Shown: positions 1 to 9,167 of the stretch, piece by piece
How positions within the stretch are numbered: the first letter of the stretch is position 1
Layout of the letters: the number at the start of each line of letters is the position of its first letter
IMG/VR virus record: IMGVR_UViG_3300005613_000001
Location: 434,001 to 498,000 of that record
DNA: 64,000 bases
Direction: 5' to 3' (one strand)
Notes under the pieces: model-generated
Told to the model about the DNA's origin: nothing
What the model saw: the letters and a program-made list of their open reading frames with translations, nothing else
Databases searched by the model: none
Position numbers and translations under genes: made by a program

Positions 1-2144
1 TCATCTTCTGGAATCCCGTTTGCTTTTTTGAAGTGAGCTTTTAAAAATCCCTCCCACTCACCTTGCTTTTCAAAGGGAATGTCCTCACTTTCATAAGGAT
101 CAATACCATGCTTCTTTTTAAATTGTGTCATTAAATCATAGTATTGTATTTTGGGGCGACCATGTGGTGATCTAGGATCAATATGTGATTGATTGTCAAT
201 TTGCGCAATTGGAATTAAAGAACCCGAATCAAAAAACACACCCTGTTTGGGTTCCCCCGAGTGTATAACACTCCAACCCTGACGATCTGTAAAACCATCA
301 ATTCCCAACCCTCTTAAAACTGCCGTCCACTCCCTCCACTTTTTCGCCTTTGACCCTTTGGGCATCACACCAGCTTTAATATCTTTAACCTGTAAATCGT
401 CCAACTCAACCCAATCACGTTCGTTCTTACCTGGAATATGACTGGGCAGTTCAACGTGTGCTAAATTTTTATCTTTGTTGACCTTAAGAACTGTTGCTTC
501 TTTCCCTGCATATTTGCCATTTGCAATATAAACCTTTTTGCCTTTTTCTATTTGTTTGCTTCGTTCTAACTTTCTACCCACGTCCTTTGCTTGTGGAAGT
601 CCTAGCCCCAAAAGTGGGTGGCCGCTAGTTTTTACAATACCCTTCTTTTTCTTCTCTTTCCTCTCACTAGCTAAACTGCTTGCCATCCATAAAATAAATC
701 CCGCCCCATTTTTAGTCCTACTTTGGTCTGTATTCCAAAGTGTTTCGTATAATGCGTTAAACCAACTTAAGTGGTTGGCCTCTGCATATTTTTTAATTCT
801 TTGATGGAAAGGAAACTTAGCTTTATTGATAATAGGATCAACTACATCTCGCTTATAGTTACTCACAAATTTATTGAGGCGGCGCAAAACAAGAGTTGCT
901 ACTTTTTTCCATTCTTCTGATTGAACTACATCTTGTAGGCTTTGTCCTGATTTCTTTTCTTTAGCATTACGTAACGCAACGAGTTTTTCCCAATGCTGTA
1001 CTGTTTTGTTTTTACCATATGCATCATCGCCAAAATAATTAAGAGCGGCTTTATTCTCCCCTTCTAAATCAAATACATCTTTCATAGAAACCGTCTCAGG
1101 GGCTTCTGGATGTTTCTCAAGATAATGGTCCGTATGCTGAACTGTTAAATCTCCAAAATTTGCGTCACGATACTTTGTGAGTCGTTCGTGCCAATTATCA
1201 TAATGACCATCTATATCCACTCTTTGAAGAAAGCTTCTGAGGGCAGACACATGTTCGTCCTCTGTGGCTTTCTCATCGTGTGTTTCTCCCATGCCTTGCA
1301 AGAAATTAAAGGCCATTTCCCTATCTGCTTGTATTGCTAAAATGCCTTTATTCGGATCAATAGTGCCATGATTGGCATAGTGGGCCGACATCTTGTTTAT
1401 TACCGTTCCCAATTTGTCTTCTAATTGTTTTAGGATGGCTTCCTTATGTGGCGTTGTTTTGAAATCCACAGCTTCGGGTAATTGTTTAATTCCTAAATAT
1501 TGGTGTGCCCAAGCCATAATTTTCTTACGCTCTTCCTGTAGTATGTCGTGAAAATCAGGTTTTATTTTCCGTATTTCCTCTCTAATTTCTTCAACTTCTT
1601 GACGAAGATGGGGGAAACTGTACATGCGACTGCCACTATAGTAGCCACCATTGGGCCGCTGTTTTTTTCTTTTTCCCTCTTTTACAGAGGTTGAATAAAT
1701 TGCAGGTTTTCTACCTCGGGATTTAGAATAGGTTCTTCTAATTTTAAATACTTGCGCAAAGGGGCGTTCTTTAAAGCCTCCCTTTGCACTATCATCAATG
1801 ACAGCCTGAATTGGATAAGCATAGATTCCCAAAGGCGTACTACCATCGTCTGCATCTGGATTAACGCCTAATTTATCTACTTGTGTGAAGGCAACCCAAA
1901 TATCTCTTTCAGGAGTTCCCTTCCTTATCTCGCTGGCTAGAATTTGTTTTAATAACCGTATTTTGTCATTATGTCGCCAATTTCTTCGTGTGACTGGATC
2001 AATCCACTTGGTTTGGTCACCTTTGGGCTGGATGCCTCTATGTAATTTTCGCCCTTCGCATAGATACTCTTCCAAGTCAAGAAGTATAACTTCTGCTTGT
2101 TCAATGGCAAAAAAATCTGCAAATTCTAATTTTGATCCCGACAT
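1..2144 (-). CDS. Large protein (>714 aa, runs off the window) with a KOW-like motif and split ADP-ribosyltransferase-like motifs; candidate internal head protein
   Basis: Not in the ORF track because it has no stop in the window. Manual translation is open from ATG 2144 (MSGSKLEFADFFAIEQAE...) to base 1. It contains FTQVDKLGVNP..TPLGIYAYP, KGKKVYIANGKYAGKEATVLKVNKDK (KOW-like) and LGIDGFTD...IHSGEPKQGVFF. Confidence 0.8.
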   Translation of the reverse strand, partial: MSGSKLEFADFFAIEQAEVILLDLEEYLCEGRKLHRGIQPKGDQTKWIDPVTRRNWRHNDKIRLLKQILASEIRKGTPERDIWVAFTQVDKLGVNPDADDGSTPLGIYAYPIQAVIDDSAKGGFKERPFAQVFKIRRTYSKSRGRKPAIYSTSVKEGKRKKQRPNGGYYSGSRMYSFPHLRQEVEEIREEIRKIKPDFHDILQEERKKIMAWAHQYLGIKQLPEAVDFKTTPHKEAILKQLEDKLGTVINKMSAHYANHGTIDPNKGILAIQADREMAFNFLQGMGETHDEKATEDEHVSALRSFLQRVDIDGHYDNWHERLTKYRDANFGDLTVQHTDHYLEKHPEAPETVSMKDVFDLEGENKAALNYFGDDAYGKNKTVQHWEKLVALRNAKEKKSGQSLQDVVQSEEWKKVATLVLRRLNKFVSNYKRDVVDPIINKAKFPFHQRIKKYAEANHLSWFNALYETLWNTDQSRTKNGAGFILWMASSLASERKEKKKKGIVKTSGHPLLGLGLPQAKDVGRKLERSKQIEKGKKVYIANGKYAGKEATVLKVNKDKNLAHVELPSHIPGKNERDWVELDDLQVKDIKAGVMPKGSKAKKWREWTAVLRGLGIDGFTDRQGWSVIHSGEPKQGVFFDSGSLIPIAQIDNQSHIDPRSPHGRPKIQYYDLMTQFKKKHGIDPYESEDIPFEKQGEWEGFLKAHFKKANGIPED

Positions 2145-2161
2145 ATCTTATTTATGTATAT

Positions 2162-2743
2162 ATGAAAACAGTTCTTTTGTTAGTTAGCCATTTAGGGTCG
2201 TCCTCTAATATTTTATTTAATGTCCTGAACCAAAATTCTAGGATTCAAGGCTTTCGTACAGATCGACCTTACTACAACACTGATACATTACAATATTTAA
2301 CTGCCTACGAACATAAATTAAGGAATACCGCAGCAATTTATATGGATGAACTACTCCATAACTTCAAATTCGCTGCTAAAGATCTGTATAAAATCTGCAA
2401 ATTCGTGTATTTGATCCGTGAAGCTAGACCTTCTTTAAATAAAATAATAGCCCGAGGATACTCCCAAAACGCAGCAAGTGATTATTATCGATATAGATTG
2501 AGGCGGATTTGTGAGATGGCTAAACGGACTCCTGGTGCGCCTCTTTTAACTTGGGATGATATGGTTTCTGGGCGAGGACTTCCATTAATAGAAGAATATT
2601 TAAACCTCAAAGAGCCCATCAAGAAGATTTCAATTGGTCCCGAAGCCCCTGACGTGGTGGAATACAATATCGCAGAAAAAGCTCAGGAGGCATATGAAAG
2701 ACACTTTTTATATTTAAAAAAGTTTGATTTAATATCAGCCTAA
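2162..2743 (+). CDS. Degenerate sulfotransferase-like (P-loop) protein
   Basis: MKTVLLLVSHLGSSSNILFNVLNQN resembles the PAPS-binding loop (RSGSTLL..lLNQ), and KFVYLIRE resembles the 3'-phosphate motif. The catalytic K/R of the loop is absent. Start moved to ATG 2162. Confidence 0.45.
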   Translation: MKTVLLLVSHLGSSSNILFNVLNQNSRIQGFRTDRPYYNTDTLQYLTAYEHKLRNTAAIYMDELLHNFKFAAKDLYKICKFVYLIREARPSLNKIIARGYSQNAASDYYRYRLRRICEMAKRTPGAPLLTWDDMVSGRGLPLIEEYLNLKEPIKKISIGPEAPDVVEYNIAEKAQEAYERHFLYLKKFDLISA

Positions 2744-3100
2744 TAGTGTATCAATGTCTGTTTTGCCATCATCTTCTGGTTTCTCAAGTTTCTTTTGCTC
2801 TTCTTCAATCATATTATCAATAATATTAAGAGCATTCATAAGTTGCTCAGGAGACCACGGTTTTGCCTCGGGTTGCGCGGCTTGAATGGCATGTGCAGCA
2901 GAGGGCATTCTGGCAAGTCCAGGCTGGGGCTTTAACTGCCTAGATTCTCTTTTCGCTCTCTTCTTTTCTACTTTGGCTATCTCTTGGAAGGCTGCATTCA
3001 AATGAAATCTTGCCTCTGAAAGCGCAAAATCCTCGGGTATATTTTTGATTGCCTCTAATAAATGTGATTTTGCTTTTGAAGTATTACCCATTATTACCAT
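2735..3100 (-). CDS. Hypothetical coiled-coil protein downstream of terminase
   Basis: 121 aa ORF, helical and charged, overlapping the terL stop; no recognisable motif. Confidence 0.6.
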   Translation of the reverse strand: MVIMGNTSKAKSHLLEAIKNIPEDFALSEARFHLNAAFQEIAKVEKKRAKRESRQLKPQPGLARMPSAAHAIQAAQPEAKPWSPEQLMNALNIIDNMIEEEQKKLEKPEDDGKTDIDTLLG

Positions 3101-4926
3101 CCAAACTCTCGGAGTAACCGCTCGTTTTTTCGCCGTACATTGAAGACAACACCAGGCGTAACATCCCCTTGATAGGTAGCGAAAATGTCGTCATCTTCTT
3201 CAATAAAATCCTCAGGAGCCCCGTTTTTTAACTCCTGTTTAATTTCCTCATAAACTTCTGATTTAAATACATCCATCAGTTCCTTTGGGATGTCTGCTCC
3301 AACGGGAATGTCTCGCATTGCTTGGTCCCGAATGTAAACAGCAATCGCCAAAGCCATAATTGCATCGTCATGTTTGCCCTTCTGAGCTTCTGGTTTCCTT
3401 CTAGAAGTATTATAAATAAATGTTTTCAATTCATGAATTAATCTTGGACTATTAATAATTAAACTTTTTTGTAGAATTCTACTTTGAATTGCCTGCATTA
3501 CCATTGGGCGCACTTGAATGGTAGTTTTAATCCCTGCCTGTTGCCTTTTAGCTGCATCATAATATAGATTCTCATACATCAAAGTATTCTGAAGGGCACT
3601 TATTACTGCACCTCCTGATGATGCCATGTTTTCCACAACTATCTTTGATGTGTTGTAAAAAATTCCAGTTTGATTTATGATCTGAGCAAAATCATGAGGC
3701 GGGACTTTATTGCTATAGAACTCTGCTACTTGTTCAAGGGTGGAATCATCAATTATTGAAAAAGCACTACTATCGCCCCCTTCTCCAACACCATCTGCAC
3801 AATCCACTCCCATTGTGTATTCGTGACCATCTACAGGTTCTTTCCAAACCCACAACGCCCCTTCTTCTTCTGCATACTCTTCGTGATCGTTACACCACTG
3901 AGGAAATAAAATACGTTTAGGTCCATCTTTTGTTCTAATATTCGCATCAATGTCAGCGATAATGTGACCGGGAATATATGTTTCACCAGAACCCAGGAAT
4001 GATCGCATAACTTCCTGTTGCCAACCCTTTTCTCCCAGTTGTGCTCGTTGATCTGCAACCCAGTCAGCATCGTTGTAATCCGGGTGTTCCCAGAAATCTA
4101 AATCAATGACATGAAATTTATTTTTCTTAACTTGAGCGTTATGATAAATTTCCTCATACCAGTTACCAAGACCATTAACTGTAGAAATGGCGATACAATT
4201 ACCACCCGTAGAAAGCGTAGGATACATAGCTTTCCAATGCTCTTCCATACCATCGATGAAGGCAGCCTCATCCAAGATCATATAAGTTAAAGCACGGGTA
4301 CGAGCAGCTTCAGGGCCTTGGAAATCAATACGACTACTTGTGATTAAAAATTCTTTAACGTGGTCATTATTTTTACCCATTTCAGGTTGCAACCATGTTG
4401 GTAGCCACTGAATAGCTCGGGCAACCATACCAGCACCCGTCATAGCTTCACGGTCGGTCTTTGACATAACCATCATGGTCTGGTCTTTTTTAAACATACA
4501 CCGCCATAAAGCCCAAATAGCTGTGGTGGTGGTTAGCCCTCCCTGTCGGAATTTAGAAATAATTGTGAATCTATGTTTATCGTATTCATCAATTACCCGC
4601 CTCTGATAATTGTATAGAACAAAGGGCAGGAGACCCCTAATGGGATGCATGATTTTGATGTATTTGTGGCAAAAGTAAGGAAAATTATTGATACATTTTA
4701 TAATTTCTTCTCTTTGTTTTGCTGGATCACGTCCATATGCTTCAACTTCTGCGTCTGTTTCATCTGGATCAATTGCTATTTCATCGGCAGATAGTGTGTA
4801 GTAGGGAAATTGCTCTTCTGCCTTAATTACATTCAATGTCTCTGGATCAAGAATGCTATACTGTTGATTAAACTCATTTGCATAGTAATCTTCCAAAGTG
4901 TCGTATTTATCTCGCCATATACTCAT
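3094..4926 (-). CDS. terL: Terminase large subunit (T4 gp17-like)
   Basis: Walker A-like ISKFRQGGLTT, Walker B LDEAAFI, coupling motif STVNG, RNase H-like nuclease GVDCADG...D and KHDDAIMA. Likely start MSIWRDK at 4926. Confidence 0.95.
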   Translation of the reverse strand: MSIWRDKYDTLEDYYANEFNQQYSILDPETLNVIKAEEQFPYYTLSADEIAIDPDETDAEVEAYGRDPAKQREEIIKCINNFPYFCHKYIKIMHPIRGLLPFVLYNYQRRVIDEYDKHRFTIISKFRQGGLTTTTAIWALWRCMFKKDQTMMVMSKTDREAMTGAGMVARAIQWLPTWLQPEMGKNNDHVKEFLITSSRIDFQGPEAARTRALTYMILDEAAFIDGMEEHWKAMYPTLSTGGNCIAISTVNGLGNWYEEIYHNAQVKKNKFHVIDLDFWEHPDYNDADWVADQRAQLGEKGWQQEVMRSFLGSGETYIPGHIIADIDANIRTKDGPKRILFPQWCNDHEEYAEEEGALWVWKEPVDGHEYTMGVDCADGVGEGGDSSAFSIIDDSTLEQVAEFYSNKVPPHDFAQIINQTGIFYNTSKIVVENMASSGGAVISALQNTLMYENLYYDAAKRQQAGIKTTIQVRPMVMQAIQSRILQKSLIINSPRLIHELKTFIYNTSRRKPEAQKGKHDDAIMALAIAVYIRDQAMRDIPVGADIPKELMDVFKSEVYEEIKQELKNGAPEDFIEEDDDIFATYQGDVTPGVVFNVRRKNERLLREFGW

Positions 4927-4931
4927 ATCAT

Positions 4932-4957
4932 TATTTATGTAAGTAGAAACGTAAATA
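4932..4957. promoter_or_regulatory. Back-to-back late-promoter-like TAAATA hexamers
   Basis: TATTTA at 4932-4937 (TAAATA on minus) is 5 nt from terL ATG 4926; TAAATA at 4952-4957 is 5 nt from ATG 4963. Resembles the T4 late promoter TATAAATA. Confidence 0.6.
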
Positions 4958-4962
4958 AAAGT

Positions 4963-5178
4963 ATGGACGATCAAGAGAAAAAAGACATGGAGATGTCACC
5001 ACCCAAGAGGCGGGGAATTATCACGACGGGTACAATTGTTACCACTCTTATCGTGGCGGCGCTCCTAGAAGTTTTCAAAGCTACGATTAATTTCCTGTGG
5101 GGTCTTTTGTTAACTAAATTCTGGAAAAAGAAACAAGAGGAAGCAGAAAAAGAACAAAAGAAGAGTCAGTGGAATTAA
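4963..5178 (+). CDS. Small membrane protein
   Basis: MDDQEKKD... with one long hydrophobic segment and a basic C-terminal tail (KKKQEE). Start reassigned from 4810 because the upstream part overlaps terL. Confidence 0.55.
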   Translation: MDDQEKKDMEMSPPKRRGIITTGTIVTTLIVAALLEVFKATINFLWGLLLTKFWKKKQEEAEKEQKKSQWN

Positions 5179-5187
5179 GAGGTAATT

Positions 5188-6246
5188 ATGAAAACGAAAA
5201 CGTTATTGTTAATTATTGTGGCGGGTTTAGGTTTATTTATCATTTTTCCTAATTTAGAAGTACCGCCACCAAAAGAGCAAGGTGGATTTAGTGGGATTGT
5301 AGAACACATAACCCAACCACCAGAAAAAAATTCACTTGATGATGCTGTCAGTGCTATCTCGCAAGAGGAGCTTAAAGAAGACCTCTATTACCTAGCCTCA
5401 GACGATTTAAAAGGCAGAATGACGGGAGAGCCCGGCAATGTCAAAGCGGCTGAATTTATCAAGAAAAGGCTGTTAGAATATGGACTTCAGGTAGAATATC
5501 AGCCTTTCAGTGCTGGTGGGAGAAGCACAAACAACGTCATTGGTTGGTTAGATGGGGAAAATACCAATGAAATCGTCGTTGTAGGAGCCCATTTTGACCA
5601 TATTGGTATGAGAGGCGGGGGGGTGTGTAATGGGGCTGATGATAATGCCTCCGGTACTGTAGCCGTAATCCAAATGGCTAAAGTGTTTTCCATGTTAAAG
5701 GATGAATTAAAGCGTACCGTGGTCTTTCAACTGTATTCTGGGGAGGAAATGGGACTGATCGGCAGCCGGTTCTATGCCAATAATCCAACCTTCCCCCGTG
5801 GAAATCCCAATATTAAGAACCACATTTTCATGTTGAATCTTGATATGGTAGGATATATGAACAATGGATACTACTACGCCCTAAGCCATGTGGATACTTC
5901 CTTTGATTTGCGACAAATTCGCTCTGAATTAAGTCAAAAATACCCGTTTGCGGGAGGTATCACAAAAACAGGCGGTAGTGGAAGTGACCACCAAAGCTTC
6001 TCAAATAAGGGTGTTCCGGTCTTGTGGCTCTTTACGGGAACCCACGGAAATTATCACAGAACGACGGATACAGCCGAAAAAATCAATTATGATGGCTTGG
6101 AAAAAATCACCAAATATGGATTTGAAATCCTCTGGAAAGTGGCGCAAAGTGAAGCTGCACCAGTATTTAATAAGGAAGGCTACGAACATTTGCCGATTAC
6201 AAATGACCATAATCATCCAAATGTTCCATTTCCAATTCAATATTAG
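5188..6246 (+). CDS. M28-family zinc aminopeptidase with N-terminal signal/anchor
   Basis: GAHFDH, GADDNASG, SGEEMGL, LNLDMVG, SDHQSF and YHRTTD motifs; hydrophobic N-terminus. Confidence 0.92.
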   Translation: MKTKTLLLIIVAGLGLFIIFPNLEVPPPKEQGGFSGIVEHITQPPEKNSLDDAVSAISQEELKEDLYYLASDDLKGRMTGEPGNVKAAEFIKKRLLEYGLQVEYQPFSAGGRSTNNVIGWLDGENTNEIVVVGAHFDHIGMRGGGVCNGADDNASGTVAVIQMAKVFSMLKDELKRTVVFQLYSGEEMGLIGSRFYANNPTFPRGNPNIKNHIFMLNLDMVGYMNNGYYYALSHVDTSFDLRQIRSELSQKYPFAGGITKTGGSGSDHQSFSNKGVPVLWLFTGTHGNYHRTTDTAEKINYDGLEKITKYGFEILWKVAQSEAAPVFNKEGYEHLPITNDHNHPNVPFPIQY

Positions 6247-6247
6247 G

Positions 6248-6276
6248 TTGACAAGCATTTTCTAATTTACTATAAT
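6248..6276 (+). promoter_or_regulatory. Consensus sigma70 promoter
   Basis: TTGACA (6248-6253), 17 bp spacer, TATAAT (6271-6276). Confidence 0.85.
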
Positions 6277-6347
6277 CACGTTCAACAATGAGGCGGGAGC
6301 AAATAAATACCCGTCCAAAACACACTTTCTTTACAGGAGACGTGACT

Positions 6348-6662
6348 ATGAGTAACCGTTTTAATGACCTTGTGAGAAATCTTCCCGTAGCGAAGTTTTA
6401 TTACAAGGGGAGAAGCCACACCCACCCAGTACGACGTACAGTTTTGGTGTCGGCCTCAACCGCCACACACATTACGGGCTACGAACTTCGGGAAGGTAAC
6501 AACACAAGGACCATTGATGATGCTCCTGTGAAAACCTACCTTCGCAGCCGGATCGCTACCCGTAAGAACTGCCGTGGGGACAGTGCAATGAGAAAGGTTG
6601 GTAAGAAGAAGTTGAGTGAAACCACCCTCTCTCGCTCCAGTTTGAGCAACTTCTCCGTCTGA
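6348..6662 (+). CDS. Small stand-alone WYL-like (SH3-fold) protein
   Basis: AGGAG SD before ATG 6348. KFYYKG...VRRTV...ITGYELREG...KTYLRSRI follows the WYL pattern F.Y....R.V...gy...r.fr.dRI. Confidence 0.5.
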   Translation: MSNRFNDLVRNLPVAKFYYKGRSHTHPVRRTVLVSASTATHITGYELREGNNTRTIDDAPVKTYLRSRIATRKNCRGDSAMRKVGKKKLSETTLSRSSLSNFSV

Positions 6663-6686
6663 GTTTCGTAGCTACGATAGTTTGCT

Positions 6687-6720
6687 AGCCGCCCGCCTTA
6701 AAAGACGGGCGGCTTTTTTT
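6687..6720 (+). terminator. Rho-independent terminator
   Basis: GCCGCCCG stem / CGGGCGGC followed by T7. Confidence 0.9.
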
Positions 6721-6784
6721 ATCGATTTACTAAATTAAATGTAATAGCTACTAAATAAAAAAGCAGATAACAAGAGGAATCCTT

Positions 6785-7705
6785 ATGCCATTTTTTCAAA
6801 ATCCATTTTTTCAAGATTTTAGAGGATATTTAGTTCTGGGGGACAGACAACTGAGCCCCGTATTTACGTGCCCATTGCACGCCCAGAGAGGGCATGGGGA
6901 AATTGTCTCTATAGATTTGACAGCAACCCCTTATGATTTAACTGGGGCTGATGGGGATGGTAACGATACAGACGAATTAGTAATAAATTATGCCATCGAT
7001 CCCGCTTTGCGTGATTTTACTTCCATCACTGTAAATATTGCTGCTGAAGCACTTGTGCCTGCTGCTGCTACATTGGTGGAAATCGTCACCAGCTTAAATG
7101 AAGATGATAATTTTGCAGCTTTCTTTGAAGCAAGTCAGCAATTTACAGCAACCGGAGCAAATCCCACAGGGCGAGTGATTATTAAAGCTAAACTCCCCGC
7201 AGAACGCATTAAATTTTATGTTGCTAATACCGGGGCTGAAACCATCCTAAGATTTAATGCTCGGGCTGGGGTCAAAGAGCTACCTTCTTATTTTGCACGA
7301 CATACTGTAGCAAACAGATACACTTATACCGATGGTACTGCCCTGCTTATTGAACTTGATCCAAGTAACGGAGGCGGAGCTTCTGCTGTGGATGACGATG
7401 TTATTGATAATGCCGTAGATTTGAATGGCGTGTCACTAGGGTACGATTCATCTACAGTTCAAGAAGATTATGAACTTCTTGATGGGCAATCTGGGCTATT
7501 TACGTTCCAAAATATTTGCTTAGATGGAAATGGAGATATTGCCCAAATTATTGAATATCACGCAGGCGCAGGTGTAGGTGATCTAGCAAGAAAAATTTGT
7601 TATTTAAGAGATGGTGATACAAACCCAATTCAAATTACAGAAGAACCATATGTTTTAACGGCAGATGACTTGGTAGAGCCTGATTGTACCGATTGTCCGG
7701 CATAA
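6785..7705 (+). CDS. Hypothetical acidic protein, probably virion structural
   Basis: 306 aa, rich in D/N/T/A/G. TAAATA and a GAGG SD lie upstream. Confidence 0.6.
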   Translation: MPFFQNPFFQDFRGYLVLGDRQLSPVFTCPLHAQRGHGEIVSIDLTATPYDLTGADGDGNDTDELVINYAIDPALRDFTSITVNIAAEALVPAAATLVEIVTSLNEDDNFAAFFEASQQFTATGANPTGRVIIKAKLPAERIKFYVANTGAETILRFNARAGVKELPSYFARHTVANRYTYTDGTALLIELDPSNGGGASAVDDDVIDNAVDLNGVSLGYDSSTVQEDYELLDGQSGLFTFQNICLDGNGDIAQIIEYHAGAGVGDLARKICYLRDGDTNPIQITEEPYVLTADDLVEPDCTDCPA

Positions 7706-7855
7706 TCAAATAAATAATAGGGTCCAATAAAGAGGCGTGGGTTCCTTAATACGGTCATCAAATTGACAATTGTGTGCATCCACACCCACTAATCGCCCCA
7801 AAGATCTACGTCTTCCTCGTAATCCGCCTATACCAAGATTAACTAAATTATTCAT
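7706..7855 (-). CDS. Possible 49-aa ORF
   Basis: Manual translation MNNLVNLGIGGLRGRRRSLGRLVGVDAHNCQFDDRIKEPTPLYWTLLFI fills the gap between two plus-strand genes. Confidence 0.25.
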   Translation of the reverse strand: MNNLVNLGIGGLRGRRRSLGRLVGVDAHNCQFDDRIKEPTPLYWTLLFI

Positions 7856-7931
7856 ACCTTATGTATTCTTCAAATTGAGAAATAGTTGCATATATAAGGT
7901 AGACGTCATTTTTTTACAGAGAGGTAATTCG

Positions 7932-8507
7932 ATGGACGAAATTAAAGTAGAAGTGATCCGTACCGAGGATGGCAGATATGCCGAGCGTCACGTCAGGGAA
8001 GTTGCGGAAAGTGATCCCTGCGGAAAGTCCTTTGAAGCTGAAAAGGTCATCGAGCAATGGGAAGAAGATCGCCCCTTGCTTCTCAAAAAGCGAGTGCGCG
8101 AGAAGAGACAACCATGTGTTGTGGAAAGAGTTGTTGAGACAATTGAAGACAACGAAGTGGTTGATGTTCAAGTAGAATCTATTGAGCCTGACACCAAGCT
8201 TGAATTAAGATCTCACATTGCAGTTGCCAAGCCAGAAGTAGGTGCAGCAAAAGTCGATGAGTGCTACGTAACTAGAGATGATCTTAAAGAAGTCATGTTA
8301 AGCGTGACAGAACAGTTGAAAGATGCTTTTGAAAACCGAGAGGTTGCTGAAAGACGACCGAGTTCTCGCATGCAAGCGGTAGTAGAAGAAGAAGTTGAAC
8401 AGGCTGATGATGAAAAATGGGGAGCAGTAGAGTGGATTCTTCTGGGCATTGTAGCCATCGAGGGTGCCTATCTACTAGTGAACTGGCTGCCTCGTCTGCT
8501 TGGGTAA
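7932..8507 (+). CDS. Hypothetical tail-anchored membrane protein
   Basis: GAGAGG SD before ATG 7932; charged body with a single C-terminal TM (WILLGIVAIEGAYLLVNWL). Confidence 0.65.
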   Translation: MDEIKVEVIRTEDGRYAERHVREVAESDPCGKSFEAEKVIEQWEEDRPLLLKKRVREKRQPCVVERVVETIEDNEVVDVQVESIEPDTKLELRSHIAVAKPEVGAAKVDECYVTRDDLKEVMLSVTEQLKDAFENREVAERRPSSRMQAVVEEEVEQADDEKWGAVEWILLGIVAIEGAYLLVNWLPRLLG

Positions 8508-8609
8508 TTTGGCAAGATAAATATAAATTACATAACTTCCCGTTCTATGACGTTTACATAAAAATTGCACCAGTAGTACGTATTACATTTAAGAATCTGT
8601 ATGATATGC

Positions 8610-8643
8610 AAAAGCCTTATGATTTTAGATCATGAGGCTTTTT
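8610..8643. terminator. Bidirectional terminator between convergent genes
   Basis: AAAAGCCT(T)ATGA-loop-TCATGAGGCTTTTT. Confidence 0.75.
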
Positions 8644-9167
8644 CATTTGAATCCCCACTTTTTAGCCATCCTACCAAACCACTGATCCCTAGCTTCAACT
8701 GCCTGCTCTTCCCTCTCTTTGCGACTCTCTTTCTTGTCATCGCCTCTTAATTTTGAGGCGACTCTAAAAAGCCCCTCTATTTGATCTTCCCATCTGGGAT
8801 GAGGCACATAACTTTCTAGTTCGCCCGCCTCCTCTTTGAAAACCAAATAACCCTCTGCTAACACCGTGATAGTCTTATTGAGGTATTGTATCTCTAAATG
8901 CATTCCACGACTTAAACCATCAAATAAATAACCAACTACTATTGTTTGTTCGCCTTCCTCAAAAACAGGCATTTCCTCATCTTCTTCATCTTCTAGTGCC
9001 CAAGGGTCTTCCATTTCATTTGTATCATAAAGAGGCGAGGAGTGGGACATAATAGGTTCGCCCATATACTTCAAAATACAACCGAATTTTCCCCCAAGAC
9101 CAAAATAATCTTTATGGGTCGCCTCGATTGTTCTTTGTTCTTTGATTTTTGCTTCTTTGCTCTTCAT
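8643..9167 (-). CDS. Hypothetical protein
   Basis: 174 aa ORF co-oriented with and overlapping mscL; no motif recognised. Confidence 0.6.
   Translation of the reverse strand: MKSKEAKIKEQRTIEATHKDYFGLGGKFGCILKYMGEPIMSHSSPLYDTNEMEDPWALEDEEDEEMPVFEEGEQTIVVGYLFDGLSRGMHLEIQYLNKTITVLAEGYLVFKEEAGELESYVPHPRWEDQIEGLFRVASKLRGDDKKESRKEREEQAVEARDQWFGRMAKKWGFK

Noticed and set aside
538-2187. Plus-strand ORFs 538-804 and 1885-2187
   Set aside because: Antisense to the much longer, motif-bearing minus-strand ORF 1-2144.
3094-4926. Intein or intron in terminase, or inactive Walker A (RQGGLTT lacks Lys)
   Set aside because: Motif spacing is normal with no C/S...HN intein ends; Lys-less RQxGxT/S variants are common in large-phage terminases.
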